Source: a virus. From it: DNA of 64,000 bases. The stretch is taken from positions 58,707 through 122,706 of the IMG/VR virus record IMGVR_UViG_3300020045_004509; one strand, given 5' to 3'. The first letter of the stretch is position 1, and every line of letters starts with the position of its first letter. Shown piece after piece: positions 38,346 to 47,379 of the stretch. Below the pieces are notes generated by a model. The model saw only the letters and a list, made by a program, of their open reading frames with translations, was not told where the DNA came from and did not search any database. The translations under genes were made by a program, and so were the position numbers.

Positions 38346-38962
38346 TTTGGATATGGGGTTGAAGTTGGTTTGTGTATTCCAACTAATGAATAGGTATAGA
38401 TATGTTTTCCGGGAACTGTAACCAATTCAAGTTTACCAGATTCCATCAATTCAGTCAACCGTTTAGCAAATGGTTTCAGGTTTCCTTTGTATTTAGTTCT
38501 CATAGCCCGTGAATGATAAAGTTTACCCTCAGGGTCTTTCAAAAGAACATCTTTATTTGTTGTTCCTTGATAATTCCAATTTGCTGCTTGGTAGATTGTC
38601 CCAAGATGACTATGGTAAGGATCAGCATAAGACACTATTACTTTATACTTAGTTGTCTTCTTTAGAATTTTGATTGTTTTGGCAATGAACCAAGATTCAG
38701 TATTCCTTGGACATTCATCAAGACAAACCAATCTTCTTAACTCAACAACATCAGATTCTTTGTCGGAATATTTCTTCCATGCTGTTGTTGATAGTTCTCC
38801 AAATAACATAGCCCCAACCAAAGTATCTTTGTAGTACAAAGCAAAGCATTTACTTACCTTTACGCCATTGATATTTTTACTGTAATGGTTAGTTTCAATG
38901 AAGTCCCTAACTTCTGATCTTGGGACTTCATTGATTATTGCAGTCTTGAAGAAATCATCCAC
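38342..38962 (-). CDS. Second Mom-like DNA-modification GNAT protein
   Basis: HYS, ELRRL...D..P.N.ES.FI and VSYADP...H.GTIYQA.NW.Y.G. Confidence 0.75.
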   Translation of the reverse strand: MDDFFKTAIINEVPRSEVRDFIETNHYSKNINGVKVSKCFALYYKDTLVGAMLFGELSTTAWKKYSDKESDVVELRRLVCLDECPRNTESWFIAKTIKILKKTTKYKVIVSYADPYHSHLGTIYQAANWNYQGTTNKDVLLKDPEGKLYHSRAMRTKYKGNLKPFAKRLTELMESGKLELVTVPGKHIYTYSLVGIHKPTSTPYPK

Positions 38963-40327
38963 TTAAAATTCCAGAGAACAAGTTCCCCCGGCACAACCAG
39001 CAGCAGCCATTGTATCAACTTCAACAAATGATTGGGCTTTCAATTCTTCGGCAAATTTGATATGTTTCATAGTACGTTTAATATTAGACCATTTATGAAG
39101 ATTATAACAGTCTTTCAAGCAAGCAAACATTTTTGTTGTGTCTCCCCCAAAATAATTATTTGCAAATTTAGTTGCCCGACGAACCCAGTCCCTTTTCAGC
39201 AAGTCTTCCGATTCATCTGAAAGGGTCAATCCGTTTCCAACCAATGTATCACATGCCAACCATAAATTTTCGTTGAAAGCTTTAAGACCTTCAACAACCA
39301 AACCAGATGCAAAAATTGATGCTTCCCCATATTCTTTAACAATGTCTTCAAATTTAAGAACCGCAGTAAAGGGGGCTTGATTGAATGCCCGATCCCCAGA
39401 TGCAGCCATCAAAGATACCCCTGCAAACCATTGACGATTATCAAAAAGATATTGCTCAACTTCATCCCAATTATCAACGGTAATTGTATTGCTTACATTA
39501 TGACGAAGTTTAGGATGGGAGCATAATTCAACATTAGTGCCATATTCGATCCAATATTGTTGGGCAAGTTTAACATATTCAAGTTGTTTTACTCCAAGAA
39601 GATCAGATTTGTAAATTGAACCAGCTTTTGTCTCAACAGGGAATGCAACAACAATATCAGTACCATTTGATGACCAAACAGATTTTTCGACCATTTTTGG
39701 GTTAACCGCTTGAATCAACTTAGCAACATCGTCATCTTTGTTCATTTGTACATGACGGAAATACATTTCTGAATGTTCCCCATGAATACCGGATGCTGTA
39801 CCAAGTAATACAGATGCGTTACCTGACGGTTTTACTGTTGTTGTTCTTGCAGCTTGGTTAATACCAAGCAATACAGCAACTTCCTTATTAGTTTTCTTGA
39901 TGATTTCTGCCCCATCAATCATGTTCTGTTTATCAAAAAGTACATCTGGATTGTTCATCCAACCAGTAATTGAACAACCAATTAGGGCTTCCCGTTCAGT
40001 AATTTCTTTTGTTGCATGGGATAGATATTTGAAATTTGTATATCCAGCTTGGATAGTTCCAAGAATAGCAGATGCTTTACACGCCCGAATAAATGTATCA
40101 ACATCAGAACATTTTCCCCCATTTATCTCTGTCAAATTACAGAATTGGAACCCGGATTCTCCAGAAAGTGTTTTTGGTAACATAGAAATTTCACAACAAT
40201 TATGCACCAGTACACCATTAGCAAAAAAGTTATGGTTATTCTTTACTGTAATATCATATACGTCTTCATTAGGACATAATTCTATTCTTGTAAGATGAAT
40301 TCTTTTGATTTTCTTATCGTTTTCCAT
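38963..40327 (-). CDS. nrdJ: Class II ribonucleotide reductase C-terminal half preceded by split-intein IntC (43 aa)
   Basis: VYDITV..NHNFFANGVLVHN then CCEI; FCNLTEIN, TTVKPSG, HNVSNT and a C-terminal CAGGTC. Confidence 0.92.
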   Translation of the reverse strand: MENDKKIKRIHLTRIELCPNEDVYDITVKNNHNFFANGVLVHNCCEISMLPKTLSGESGFQFCNLTEINGGKCSDVDTFIRACKASAILGTIQAGYTNFKYLSHATKEITEREALIGCSITGWMNNPDVLFDKQNMIDGAEIIKKTNKEVAVLLGINQAARTTTVKPSGNASVLLGTASGIHGEHSEMYFRHVQMNKDDDVAKLIQAVNPKMVEKSVWSSNGTDIVVAFPVETKAGSIYKSDLLGVKQLEYVKLAQQYWIEYGTNVELCSHPKLRHNVSNTITVDNWDEVEQYLFDNRQWFAGVSLMAASGDRAFNQAPFTAVLKFEDIVKEYGEASIFASGLVVEGLKAFNENLWLACDTLVGNGLTLSDESEDLLKRDWVRRATKFANNYFGGDTTKMFACLKDCYNLHKWSNIKRTMKHIKFAEELKAQSFVEVDTMAAAGCAGGTCSLEF

Positions 40328-41055
40328 GTTTTCAATTCCTTTTCGTATGTTAAATCGTTTTCCAAATATAACTTAATGTCTCTTATTAAGATTATATCTA
40401 TTTTTGAATCCTTGTAGAATTCTTCTCTAAGCAATTCCACCTTATATGCGCGTTTATCAAAATAACCTTTGATTTCTACTATCTTTTGCAATTCCCATGT
40501 GTCATTATATATGTAGAAGTCTGGACTATATTTAGTCCCATCAGACAATCTAAAGTATCGCTGTTCAATTTTCCATTTTATACCAGCTTTGTTTAGAAAC
40601 TTGGCATATATAAATTCCCATGTTGACCTCAACCAAACATAAGATTGCGTTGATGTATTAAAATAGTATCCTTGTACCCCACGATGTGTTGTCTTTGAAT
40701 ATCTTAATAGGTCTGGATGTCGAAATCCAGTTTCTTCCTTGTTCTCTTCAATTGCTTTTTGTTTTCTAAAAGCCCTTAACGTATCATTGCATACATTATA
40801 CCCCTTATTGAAGGTTAATTCTAATAATCTAAATAATGTTCTACAATTAGTATAAGATATACCAAGAACATTCCTGGCTACAAGTTTTAGTCCCCATCCC
40901 CTTTCAAAATAGTATTCTTGTATCTGTGACTTCAAATGTATTTTTATGTCATCAGATAAATTGCGAACGTGATTTGAAAATTTATGATGTCCCTTTTCTA
41001 CCATTAATAATTTGGTGTTTTGTTCTAAGTGTGGTGATGTTTCTGTAAATTTCAT
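40282..41055 (-). CDS. Putative homing endonuclease (PD-(D/E)xK/TnsA-like) between the split nrdJ halves
   Basis: RSTWE...W..E and Y.PDFYI......VEIKG motifs. Confidence 0.8.
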   Translation of the reverse strand: MKFTETSPHLEQNTKLLMVEKGHHKFSNHVRNLSDDIKIHLKSQIQEYYFERGWGLKLVARNVLGISYTNCRTLFRLLELTFNKGYNVCNDTLRAFRKQKAIEENKEETGFRHPDLLRYSKTTHRGVQGYYFNTSTQSYVWLRSTWEFIYAKFLNKAGIKWKIEQRYFRLSDGTKYSPDFYIYNDTWELQKIVEIKGYFDKRAYKVELLREEFYKDSKIDIILIRDIKLYLENDLTYEKELKTWKTIRKSKEFILQE

Positions 41056-41109
41056 AAAATCCCTGTGTTGTTTGTATATTTACGCAAACAACACTTTCAC
41101 AGGGATTTT
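41056..41109 (-). promoter_or_regulatory. RBS-sequestering hairpin with late promoter in the loop
   Basis: Minus strand AAAATCCCTGTG AAA GTGTTGTTTG CGTAAATATA CAAACAACAC AGGGATTTT ATG. Confidence 0.8.
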
Positions 41110-41113
41110 TATC

Positions 41114-42451
41114 CTAAATTGAAATCAGTACATCACTTGTAGTTAAATCTTTAGCATCAACCCAACCACGATTTTCAGTAAAGATTTTGTGGTCTGGGGT
41201 ACACTTAACTATTGACCCATCATCCATTGTTAGCTTGATAACATCAGCATCTTTTCTTGTCATTGCAGCTTTGGTAATATCATCAAATTCCAACTTTCCG
41301 GTGTTTGTGTTATATGTTAATACCATTGGACACAAATCTGATGTTTCATACAATTCAACTAACATCTTCATTGGAATTTGATATGGAATACCTCTACTTG
41401 TAATGTTACCGTTTTCTTGCAATCCATGATCACACACAGTAACTAACGTATCGCCTGTCAAACAGGGGTTCAGCAACACATCTTCAACATCAGAAAAGAT
41501 GAAACCGGGTTCCCCGAAGTCTTTTACTGACTTCATGATATGCGCCCATTCTTCGCGGGTAATGTTATCACGAATAATCAGGGCAGAATTATTTGATCTG
41601 CCCCGTTGAGGATTGGTAGTAAACCAGTTCCCTGTTTTTGCTGTCAGCATATCTTGATCATCTTTATCAAAGATGCAAATAGTTGCTGAACGACGAACGC
41701 CCCCCGATAGAACGGCATCTGACATATGCATCACGAAATCATATGCGGTGATTGAATTGAATTTTGAAATAGGTTTATCAGTCAAAAGACATTCGATCAA
41801 GTCTTCACATTTAATCAATGATTTACGCAACCCATCAGGACCGGGGGCTTTAAACCCTCCAGAAATCTTAGCCCCAGCAGGACGAATTTTGGAAAAATCA
41901 AAGTGAACCTGACATCCTTTATATTCTGGATGGGTTCCGTTTTCTGTAAAATATGAACTTAGAAGAACTGCAAAAGCATCTGACCAACCTTCGATAGAAT
42001 CTGGAACTTGAAAAATCTTAACTTTCTTTTGTGATCTACGGGCAATTTGGGGAAGTTTAGATATATATTTCTTCCCAACAGAAAATCCAACCCCTACCCC
42101 TGATAACATAAGATACATACATTCATTAAAGAATGCTGGACGATCAATATATGAAACGGAACAATTGTAGATTCTGGACTCATGTTTGAAAATTTGTTCT
42201 CCCCCAAATTGCAATGCCCGTTGCGCCCCAAGAACAAGTTTTTCTTTGTATGCTGCTTCGGCAAAATCCATCGCTTCTGAAAGTTCAGGGGACATAATAG
42301 AAACATACTTTTGTCGGTGCATGTTCATAACCCGTTCAACAGATTCTTCCCATGTTTCATACGCATTATTAGAGTCGTTCCAACGGGAATATCCCATGAA
42401 GAATTTAGATTCTGCCAACATTTCATTACCTGATGTATTTTGTTCGTTCAT
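41114..42451 (-). CDS. nrdJ: Class II ribonucleotide reductase N-terminal half fused to split-intein IntN (116 aa, 41464..41117)
   Basis: YNC, G.GVG, DSIEGW, GGVRRSA, SNNS, GEPG and LLNP, then CLTGDT...CTPDH.IFT.NRGWV.A.DL. Confidence 0.92.
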   Translation of the reverse strand: MNEQNTSGNEMLAESKFFMGYSRWNDSNNAYETWEESVERVMNMHRQKYVSIMSPELSEAMDFAEAAYKEKLVLGAQRALQFGGEQIFKHESRIYNCSVSYIDRPAFFNECMYLMLSGVGVGFSVGKKYISKLPQIARRSQKKVKIFQVPDSIEGWSDAFAVLLSSYFTENGTHPEYKGCQVHFDFSKIRPAGAKISGGFKAPGPDGLRKSLIKCEDLIECLLTDKPISKFNSITAYDFVMHMSDAVLSGGVRRSATICIFDKDDQDMLTAKTGNWFTTNPQRGRSNNSALIIRDNITREEWAHIMKSVKDFGEPGFIFSDVEDVLLNPCLTGDTLVTVCDHGLQENGNITSRGIPYQIPMKMLVELYETSDLCPMVLTYNTNTGKLEFDDITKAAMTRKDADVIKLTMDDGSIVKCTPDHKIFTENRGWVDAKDLTTSDVLISI

Positions 42452-42462
42452 TTTTGTTCTTT

Positions 42463-42837
42463 CTATTTTGTGGTTAATTCTTGAATCATCTTTTCAGCAA
42501 GATCAAGTTCTACTTTTGTAGTTTCAATTCTTGCTGATAAAATTTTAAGTTGTCGTTTTTTTCGGAAAATGAATCCTTCTAATGCTTGCTTTTTGGTTTC
42601 ATAAGCAAACCGTTTGATAGAATCATTCTTCACGAAGCGTTCTGTCCCTTCTACCATGATCTTAACCCCCTTTGGGGTGTGCTTGACCACTTTGAATGCA
42701 GTAGCTTCTATTGTTCCATTGCGACTATAGTAACGAAACATAACTTCATCGATTTCTTTACAATCCTGATAGTATGTATCAGGAACGGTAATTTCTAAAG
42801 AATCTAAATTTAAGGATGACCATTCTATTTCATTCAT
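42463..42837 (-). CDS. Hypothetical protein
   Basis: V.K.TPKG and KRFAY.T...AL..F..RK.RQ. Confidence 0.7.
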   Translation of the reverse strand: MNEIEWSSLNLDSLEITVPDTYYQDCKEIDEVMFRYYSRNGTIEATAFKVVKHTPKGVKIMVEGTERFVKNDSIKRFAYETKKQALEGFIFRKKRQLKILSARIETTKVELDLAEKMIQELTTK

Positions 42838-43006
42838 GTTTAAACCAGTTCGATTCGGGGGATTTGTTTTGTTCCATATACAAGTCTTCTAAGTTCATCT
42901 TGAACAATGTCAAGGGGATTTGCATCATGGTTGTAATTATACCACAGAAAATCATGATGATGTCCAAATATTGCATTGTAAAGTTAAAAGAAAAGTCGCT
43001 TGGGAA

Positions 43007-44041
43007 CTATTTAGGTAGGCGAACTTTGATCCACATCTTGAACTTCAGTTGGGCGGCAATTCCTTGATAGGTAGATTTTGCAATCAAGTCTTGGATGGCT
43101 TCAATTGAATGTCCGTTCACAACCATTTCATTGATATCCTTTCCCCAATCTTTTTCCCAAAGGCAAACTTTCATTCCTGAAAGAACCATCTTATGAATAC
43201 TTTTACATACCTCTGGATTTCTTGGTTGATTATCTGGAATCAAAACTACATCTTTATATGAACTTAGTTCAGGAACAATCAGATCAGCGGAGCCAACAGC
43301 AATAGCATTTTCTAAGAACAAAGAATCTAATGGGCCTTCTAATACAAACACTGTCTTTTTTGGATTGACTGTATCTAAACCAAATATTCTACTTGCGTCA
43401 TCCTTGATCTTCATGAAAATATATTTTGGGTCTTGATTACCAAATGCCCTTGCTGACAATCTGATAATATTTCCTTGTTTATCAAAGAATGGGATAATCA
43501 GTCTTGGATGTTCCCCATCAATATTGTCTTTAACTTTGATATTTCGCCATGTGAATTCAAACTTCTTGAATCTAAGCACAAAGAATAGTTTCTTGTATGT
43601 TTCTTTTGGAATCTTTCGATTTTTTAGATATTTGATTGCTGGATGATCATCTGATAATGAATCAATCGGTTCCATACCATCAAAAGATAATTTCTTGGGA
43701 GCTTCTTTTACTTCAACCTTTGGGACTTCGGGGATATATTCAGAATCTTTCTTTAACTGAAATCGTTCTAAACTGTATTCATTGTAAAGGAATGGGTCTT
43801 GAAGTTTCAGAAAGTTTGAAAAGGACATAGAAGCGCCACAGTTATAACAACCGTAGTTATAAGCAGTAGCCCTTGGGGGAAGATAGATGCCCCCTCGTGT
43901 CTTGTACTCGTTCTTCTTGGAGTCTAAGCAGATAGGACAACGGAATCCCCAACAGTTATGCTTCACCCGATGAAAAAGTTTCAATCGGGTTCCTAACTGA
44001 GAGATGTATTTTTCTTGGAGCCAAAGTTCGTTTAATGCCAT
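43007..44041 (-). CDS. 61: DNA primase gp61
   Basis: RCPICLDS...K.RG, C.NCG, RLIIPF, EGPLDSLF, DN.PRN and KDINEM motifs. Confidence 0.95.
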   Translation of the reverse strand: MALNELWLQEKYISQLGTRLKLFHRVKHNCWGFRCPICLDSKKNEYKTRGGIYLPPRATAYNYGCYNCGASMSFSNFLKLQDPFLYNEYSLERFQLKKDSEYIPEVPKVEVKEAPKKLSFDGMEPIDSLSDDHPAIKYLKNRKIPKETYKKLFFVLRFKKFEFTWRNIKVKDNIDGEHPRLIIPFFDKQGNIIRLSARAFGNQDPKYIFMKIKDDASRIFGLDTVNPKKTVFVLEGPLDSLFLENAIAVGSADLIVPELSSYKDVVLIPDNQPRNPEVCKSIHKMVLSGMKVCLWEKDWGKDINEMVVNGHSIEAIQDLIAKSTYQGIAAQLKFKMWIKVRLPK

Positions 44042-44088
44042 ACGTCTATTGTACCACAAAAATATTTCTCAATAAATTTAAAAAAGAC

Positions 44089-44117
44089 TTGACAAGGGAA
44101 GAAATTTGGGATACAAT
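44089..44117 (+). promoter_or_regulatory. Near-consensus sigma70 promoter firing into a non-coding region
   Basis: TTGACA-17 bp-TACAAT. Confidence 0.75.
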
Positions 44118-44385
44118 ATTCTTGGTTTCCAAGAAGTACTAGTAAATTTCATTAAACACTATATAAATTCTATACTAGAATACATACAAATACAAACTTA
44201 GTCTAGCGCGCAGCGCCAACTGTGGACAAAGTTCACAGTTGTATATAAGAAGTTTTCAAAGACTCTCTAGAATACCAATACAATAATTATACATCAAATT
44301 TCTTTAATTTACTTGATGAACTTAAAAATAATTTCAAAATAAATTCTAATCCATCTTCAAGAACATCAAGGCCCATTTTAGTCCC

Positions 44386-44485
44386 TTAGAATAGCCTTAG
44401 AACGCATCAGAACCTTCTACAATCAAGTATAACCATCTAATGTATACCAATGTAGCCTGAAGGCCATATAGACGATTCTAAGCCG
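44386..44485. repeat. Dispersed repeat copy (also at ~5821-5867 and ~57788-57875)
   Basis: 44436-44460 matches the reverse complement of 57802-57826 at 23 of 25 nt. Confidence 0.7.
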
Positions 44486-44487
44486 TT

Positions 44488-44937
44488 TTAACGCTTCTTT
44501 AGACCTATTTCATATTCTGTGATGATCATGAATTCATAACCTCGATCTTTACAATATTTCCTTGCTGCTTCCCATTTGTTCTGATTGACTTCATAAGTTG
44601 CTAACTGTTCCATCAGAATCCGTTTGTTCTTATTGTTCTTGGGGGGAATAGTTTGGGTATAAGGTTTGATTTCAATCAGGAAAGTTTTCAAACTACCATC
44701 TTTCTGTTTGAATGTTGCTTTCATGTCTGGAAAATATCTATGAGACTTTCCATCAACATTTGATATGTATGGAATGATAATTTCTTCTGATGAATATTTT
44801 ACTACTGTTGAAGAAACATCCATCCATTTCAGAACAATAAGTTCCCATGATGATCTATAGACAATATTTGTTGGATCACCTTCATACTTCGCATAATTTA
44901 TTGGTTTGAATATACCTTGTCTAAATTTTGAAGCCAT
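44488..44937 (-). CDS. 4: Head completion nuclease gp4
   Basis: G.FKP.N..KY.GDP.NIVYRSSWE, HRYFPD, EIKP..QT and N..KW.AA. Confidence 0.93.
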   Translation of the reverse strand: MASKFRQGIFKPINYAKYEGDPTNIVYRSSWELIVLKWMDVSSTVVKYSSEEIIIPYISNVDGKSHRYFPDMKATFKQKDGSLKTFLIEIKPYTQTIPPKNNKNKRILMEQLATYEVNQNKWEAARKYCKDRGYEFMIITEYEIGLKKR

Positions 44938-44973
44938 GCTTAAATAATAGTAATTAAACTTATATTTAAAACC

Positions 44974-46119
44974 ATGTCATTAGATTCCCCTTATTCAACA
45001 ATAGAATCAATTCCGAAAGCTGATACAAGTAAGATTAAGTCTGTTAGATATCCATTGCTAAATGATTCTTTAACTGGGGATACCCATTATGTTAGATTCT
45101 ATATCAATTTGAATGAAGAATCATCGTTGATAAAGACAAAGTATATTACAACTGAAGGAGTTAAGGATAATTCTGAACAAATGAGGGTAAATAGAAATTC
45201 AGCAACAAATTCTGGGGTGGCTGCAGCAGCAGGAGTTGCTGGGGTGGTCATTGGGGCACAATACGCAACAAAATCAATTCAGAAAATGTTTTCTGGGAAA
45301 ACTACAACGAAACCCCAACTACCAAACGTGATTGTCGCAGGAACTGGGGCTGCAATTGCTGCAGGGGTAGTTGGTACTACTGTTGGATTAATAGCAGCAA
45401 ATTCATTGAATATCAGTAATAAAATTATGCGCTTAAAAGCATCTATTACGTTATATGCCCCCGACAATATCAAAACAACAACAAATATCGAATATGATAT
45501 GCCAACAGATATTATGTTAGATTTGATGCAGCAAGATCAATTTGGGGCAATTGCTGGATCATTGGATAAGATTGGGGCCGCTCCAGTTTCAGGAAATTCC
45601 CTTGCCGGAAATGTTGCAGGTGCTATATCAGGAACAGCATCAATTGCTGGAAAAGCAGCTCGGATTGCCGCATCTACAAATTCTACAATTTCAATGGCAA
45701 CCAGAACAGCAGTCAATAAAAAACGGGATGTGATGTTCAAGTCTGTTGGAAATAGGGAATTTCAGTTTACTTATGTGTTCGCCCCAAAATCTGCAAAAGA
45801 AGCACAAGAAGTTGCTGATATCATCTATATGTTTAGATATTTTTCCCATCCCGAAATGATGGAAGGATATGGTAACTTTCTGTACATCTATCCAGCAGAA
45901 TTTGATATCGAATATGGCATTAGAAGGGATGGAAAAGAATCCAGAAATGATAAACTAAACAAGATTTCATCATGCGTTCTTCAGAATATTGATATTAACT
46001 ATGCCCCAAATGGATCATATCAATCTTTGGCTAATGGTGAACCAGTAATGACCACAATGACATTAAGCTTTAAAGAAATTGAAACATTGCATCAAGCAAG
46101 AATTGAACAAGGGTATTAA
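44974..46119 (+). CDS. 48: Baseplate tail-tube cap gp48
   Basis: I.LY.P, F.....R.FQF.Y.F.PKS..EA..V..II..F and L.FKE.E motifs. Confidence 0.85.
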   Translation: MSLDSPYSTIESIPKADTSKIKSVRYPLLNDSLTGDTHYVRFYINLNEESSLIKTKYITTEGVKDNSEQMRVNRNSATNSGVAAAAGVAGVVIGAQYATKSIQKMFSGKTTTKPQLPNVIVAGTGAAIAAGVVGTTVGLIAANSLNISNKIMRLKASITLYAPDNIKTTTNIEYDMPTDIMLDLMQQDQFGAIAGSLDKIGAAPVSGNSLAGNVAGAISGTASIAGKAARIAASTNSTISMATRTAVNKKRDVMFKSVGNREFQFTYVFAPKSAKEAQEVADIIYMFRYFSHPEMMEGYGNFLYIYPAEFDIEYGIRRDGKESRNDKLNKISSCVLQNIDINYAPNGSYQSLANGEPVMTTMTLSFKEIETLHQARIEQGY

Positions 46120-46122
46120 CAT

Positions 46123-47379
46123 ATGGCAATGAATCAAAATGAAGGAACGGCAAGATTACCTTCAGACTTTGAAATACGGTATGTTAATATCTATTCATCA
46201 TCTATTGAAGAACCATTAGAAATTAGTAAATTGGTTAACTATGTAGAAGTATATGAATCAGTATATTCTCCATTTTTAACCGTTAATATTAATATTACTG
46301 ATGCCCAATCATTAACTTCATTGCTACCATTGGTTGGGGAAGAATACATTGAAATTGACATCAGAGGTTCAGATGACACAATTGGGTTGATTGGTCAGAC
46401 ATTCTTTATTTATAAAATGTCGGATCGTATTTCTGTTGCTGATCGGGCAGTTTCATATACATTAAATTGTGTATCTGTTGGAGCCATTGCGGATATGAAT
46501 ATAAAGTTATCTCAGTCGTTCTCTGGTTTGTCATCAGACTTAGTAGAAACTATTTTTTGTAAACGATCTTTAGCAATCGCTAAACCAATATATTCTCATC
46601 CATCGAAAAATAATATATCATATATTTCAAACTATTGGTCCCCAATTCAAAACATAAAATTTCTTTGTGATAGAACAGTAAGTTCTGATAATTCTGCCCC
46701 CTCTTATCTTTTCTTTGAAAATAAGAAACAGTTTAACTTTGTTCCATTAGACACAATGGTTGCTCAAGATTCATTATTTGACTTTTTCTATTCGGTCAAT
46801 ACTCATAGTTTATCTGTATCAAAAGAACAAGGAATCATTCATAAACTATATGTAGACGAAGGCTTTAACTATATTGATAGGATTATGAATGGGACATATG
46901 GTAATCGAACATTGGTTATTGATTCGAGTTCCAAGACATATAAATATGAAACATATGATTTTAGTGAAGCGTTTTCGAAATTTAATAGATTGAATCAAGA
47001 CGCTTTGGGGACAGATTCGGCAACAAGAAGTTTGAATCAGATTTTAAGAACCCGAAATATTGATTCAAACACAAGGACCAATATGCCTGATGAATTTACA
47101 TCATCTTGGTTTAAACAGCGTATAACAGAACTTGCAAGCATAACAAGCTCAACTGTTCATATTGATGTTTCTGGAAATATGAATATCAATTCTGGGGATG
47201 TTGTTAATCTTATTATTCCAATGACTCATATAACAGAACAAGATTCTAAAGATATGTCAAAAATAATCGATAAAGGATTATCGGGACGATACTTAGTTAC
47301 ATCAATGAAACATATGTTTGATCGGGAAAGACATAGTATGACATTACAGTTGAATAAAGATTCAAGGGTTAAAATATGA
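46123..47379 (+). CDS. Putative baseplate hub protein (gp27-like)
   Basis: YES..SP, LP.VGEE, YLFFE....FNF and SGRYLVT..KH; precedes gp5. Confidence 0.65.
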   Translation: MAMNQNEGTARLPSDFEIRYVNIYSSSIEEPLEISKLVNYVEVYESVYSPFLTVNINITDAQSLTSLLPLVGEEYIEIDIRGSDDTIGLIGQTFFIYKMSDRISVADRAVSYTLNCVSVGAIADMNIKLSQSFSGLSSDLVETIFCKRSLAIAKPIYSHPSKNNISYISNYWSPIQNIKFLCDRTVSSDNSAPSYLFFENKKQFNFVPLDTMVAQDSLFDFFYSVNTHSLSVSKEQGIIHKLYVDEGFNYIDRIMNGTYGNRTLVIDSSSKTYKYETYDFSEAFSKFNRLNQDALGTDSATRSLNQILRTRNIDSNTRTNMPDEFTSSWFKQRITELASITSSTVHIDVSGNMNINSGDVVNLIIPMTHITEQDSKDMSKIIDKGLSGRYLVTSMKHMFDRERHSMTLQLNKDSRVKI

